Position numbers and translations under genes: made by a program. The notes below the pieces were generated by a model that saw only the letters and a program-made list of their open reading frames with translations, had not been told where the DNA came from and ran no database searches. From Syntrophaceae bacterium (GTDB lineage: Bacteria; Desulfobacterota; Syntrophia; Syntrophales; UBA5619), in NCBI GenBank assembly GCA_003141195.1, contig PLLC01000106.1, positions 2,745 through 66,744 on the forward strand: DNA of 64,000 nucleotides. The letters run 5' to 3'. Below, piece after piece: positions 62,229 through 64,000 of this stretch; within the stretch, counting starts at the first letter, position 1; each line of letters opens with the position of its first letter.

Positions 62229-63440
62229 TTATTTAACCTCATATTTCGGCGTGATGAAGCTCAGGATGCACCCAAAAAGCGCTGCAATCCCGAGGACCGC
62301 AAATCCCATGGTCCAGCCTGCGGCCGTTGCCACCGCTGTGGCCAGAAAGGGGGCCAGCGTGCCTCCCACCGCCGCCCCGATCAGGATCATCATGCCAAAG
62401 AGCTTGTTGGCGATGATCGGGTCTTTCAGCATATCCGTCGGAAGCGCTCCGATGGAGGCGTTCGTCATGGGAACCCCTGCCCCTGCCAGGATCACGATGA
62501 ATAGCATGGCGCAATACCCGGCCGGTGCGACAGCCGGAACCAGAAAGGCGGTGATGGCCGCAAGCAGGAAGGCGAAACCCATGATATACGCCCGGACTTT
62601 CACTGCCGAACCACCCTTTCGGACGATCGTATCGCCGATAATTCCCGACAACGGGGTGGTGACCGCGCCGATGAGACCGCAGGCCATCAGCCCCATTCCG
62701 ACCTGTGTCGACTGATAGCCAAGATGGTACAGATAGGGGCCCAGAACCGTGTAGAGACCGATCAGGGAGACGAAGTTGAAAAACAGGGCGAAGGCCACCA
62801 GCCAGCCGGCTGCGTAACTGTAGGGACTAACGGTCGGTCTTGCCGTCGCGGCTGGTCCCTGTGCCGCCTGTTGGGGCGGATCCTTCACGACGACCAGCCA
62901 GATCGCCACAATCACAATGACGATGGCGCCGAAATAGATGAAACTCGTCTGCCAGCTGCCCACTTGCGCAAGCAACCAGCCTGCGATGATCCCACCCATA
63001 CCGACCCCAAAGGGGATGCTGCCGCCGATCACGCCGGCGGCGATCCCCCTCTTTTCAATGGGAAACCAGCCGGTCACCATGCAGACCGTAATGAACCAGA
63101 CGATCCCCCATCCCTGGATGAACCGCAGAAAAAGGATCAGTCCGTAAGAGGGGATATAGGGGATCAGAAACTGCGGGACGAGGAGCATCAGGGCCGCCAG
63201 AATCCCCGTCTTCTTGAGACCGATCCTGGCTGAGAGGATCGACTCAACGAGACTGCCTACGCCGTAACCAAGCATCAGCATCGATCCGCCCAACTGGATC
63301 ATCGTTGCGGAAAGATTGAAGGTCTTCTGGAGATTCGGGATGGCCACGCTCCAGGTGGAAAGACCTGCATAGGCAAAGGCAAGAAAAAGAAAATTCACCA
63401 CCAGCAACGCCGATAAATTCGGAGCTTTCGTTTCATTCAT
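62229..63440 (-). CDS. MFS transporter
   Basis: ORF 62229..63503, trimmed to the ATG at 63440 (MNETKAPNLSALLVVNFLFLAF...). About 12 TM segments with a central loop (KDPPQQAAQGPAATARP). Confidence 0.85.
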   Translation of the reverse strand: MNETKAPNLSALLVVNFLFLAFAYAGLSTWSVAIPNLQKTFNLSATMIQLGGSMLMLGYGVGSLVESILSARIGLKKTGILAALMLLVPQFLIPYIPSYGLILFLRFIQGWGIVWFITVCMVTGWFPIEKRGIAAGVIGGSIPFGVGMGGIIAGWLLAQVGSWQTSFIYFGAIVIVIVAIWLVVVKDPPQQAAQGPAATARPTVSPYSYAAGWLVAFALFFNFVSLIGLYTVLGPYLYHLGYQSTQVGMGLMACGLIGAVTTPLSGIIGDTIVRKGGSAVKVRAYIMGFAFLLAAITAFLVPAVAPAGYCAMLFIVILAGAGVPMTNASIGALPTDMLKDPIIANKLFGMMILIGAAVGGTLAPFLATAVATAAGWTMGFAVLGIAALFGCILSFITPKYEVK

Positions 63441-63532
63441 AGAGTCTTCTCCTTCTCGTCCTTCGTTTGGCGGCGCGGAGACACCACCAAACGAAGGTAT
63501 CAAAACGCCTCAGAGTATCCTGAAGCGCCCGT

Positions 63533-64000
63533 TTATGAGCGAGTAAGATACTTTTTTTCGATGCTCGCCACCAGCGAAAAAGTGGTGTCCACCATATTGC
63601 CCACGTACATGCCGCCGACCTGGGTGAGGAGTTCATAGGCCTCCCACCGGGTAAAACCGAACTCCTCCTCCATCCACAGACAAAGCTCCACATTGGCGAT
63701 CCGTGCGGCATCCTCCATCGGCCTGGCGCTTCCGATCGTCATGATCTTATTAGGCGCAAGGATTCGCGGCCAGGCAATCGATTTCTTCTTGATGACGTTG
63801 AAGACGAGGGTCACTTTGGCGGTGATTTCCAGGGCAACCCCGCAAACCTCGCCCTGTCCCTGATGACCATGGCAATCACCTGTGTAGAAGAGGGCGCCCG
63901 GGTTGAACACCGGCAGATGGATCGTATTGCCCGGCCGCACGTCGGGGACATCCTGATTACCGCCGAACGGTCCCGGTGAGAGTGAGGAAATGGCCTCCAG
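63533..64000 (-). CDS. Acetamidase/formamidase family amidase, C-terminal part (gene continues beyond the window end)
   Basis: The reverse frame is open to the window edge: ...GGNQDVPDVRPGNTIHLPVFNPGALFYTGDCHGHQGQGEVCGVALEITAKVTLVFNVIKK...MEDAARIANVELCLWMEEEFG. This is the FmdA/AmdA-family core. Confidence 0.8.
   Translation of the reverse strand: MEAISSLSPGPFGGNQDVPDVRPGNTIHLPVFNPGALFYTGDCHGHQGQGEVCGVALEITAKVTLVFNVIKKKSIAWPRILAPNKIMTIGSARPMEDAARIANVELCLWMEEEFGFTRWEAYELLTQVGGMYVGNMVDTTFSLVASIEKKYLTRS

Overview
GC-rich bacterial chromosomal window with a few AT-rich intergenic islands. Gene content suggests an anaerobic Deltaproteobacteria/Desulfobacterota-like organism: sigma-54 enhancer-binding regulator, BadF/BcrA-type activase fusion, class III RNR homolog, tungstate Tup/TunR system, a UGA-containing glutaredoxin-like gene. 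The taxon is inference only. I support about 55 protein-coding genes, 4 decayed or frameshifted genes, several promoter, attenuator and terminator elements, and a dispersed 25-nt palindromic repeat family. I saw no rRNA, tRNA, CRISPR array or intact mobile element. Main blocks in order: (1) cfa-like methyltransferase translationally coupled to an FAD oxidoreductase; (2) a 1459-aa activase-related fusion protein; (3) a nine-gene minus-strand ACP-dependent FAS/PKS-like operon (ACAD, FabH-, FabA-, FabG-, FabZ-, FabF-like, ACP, PlsC-type acyltransferase, PPTase) with a sigma-54 promoter, facing a membrane histidine kinase and NtrC-type regulator; (4) an HD phosphohydrolase plus an NrdD homolog whose radical glycine is replaced by Gln; (5) a multi-PAS GGDEF / HD-GYP pair; (6) gmhA-grpE-dnaK; (7) an arsenic methylation operon with a Cys-pair-rich AbrB/SpoVT regulator, ArsM and a candidate selenocysteine glutaredoxin-like protein; (8) a DUF2844 / Big_2-DUF3443 lipoprotein pair; (9) TunR-like regulator with two TupA paralogs and TupBC next to a MoeA-PBP remnant; (10) a fadD / XRE-cupin / ACAD / GpsA-like block; (11) stand-alone trpB2 behind a WWW leader-peptide attenuator; (12) an amide-utilisation locus (formamidase, MFS, PAS-GAF-LuxR, cytoplasmic AmiC-like protein). 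All family assignments come from reading motifs by eye, with no database search.
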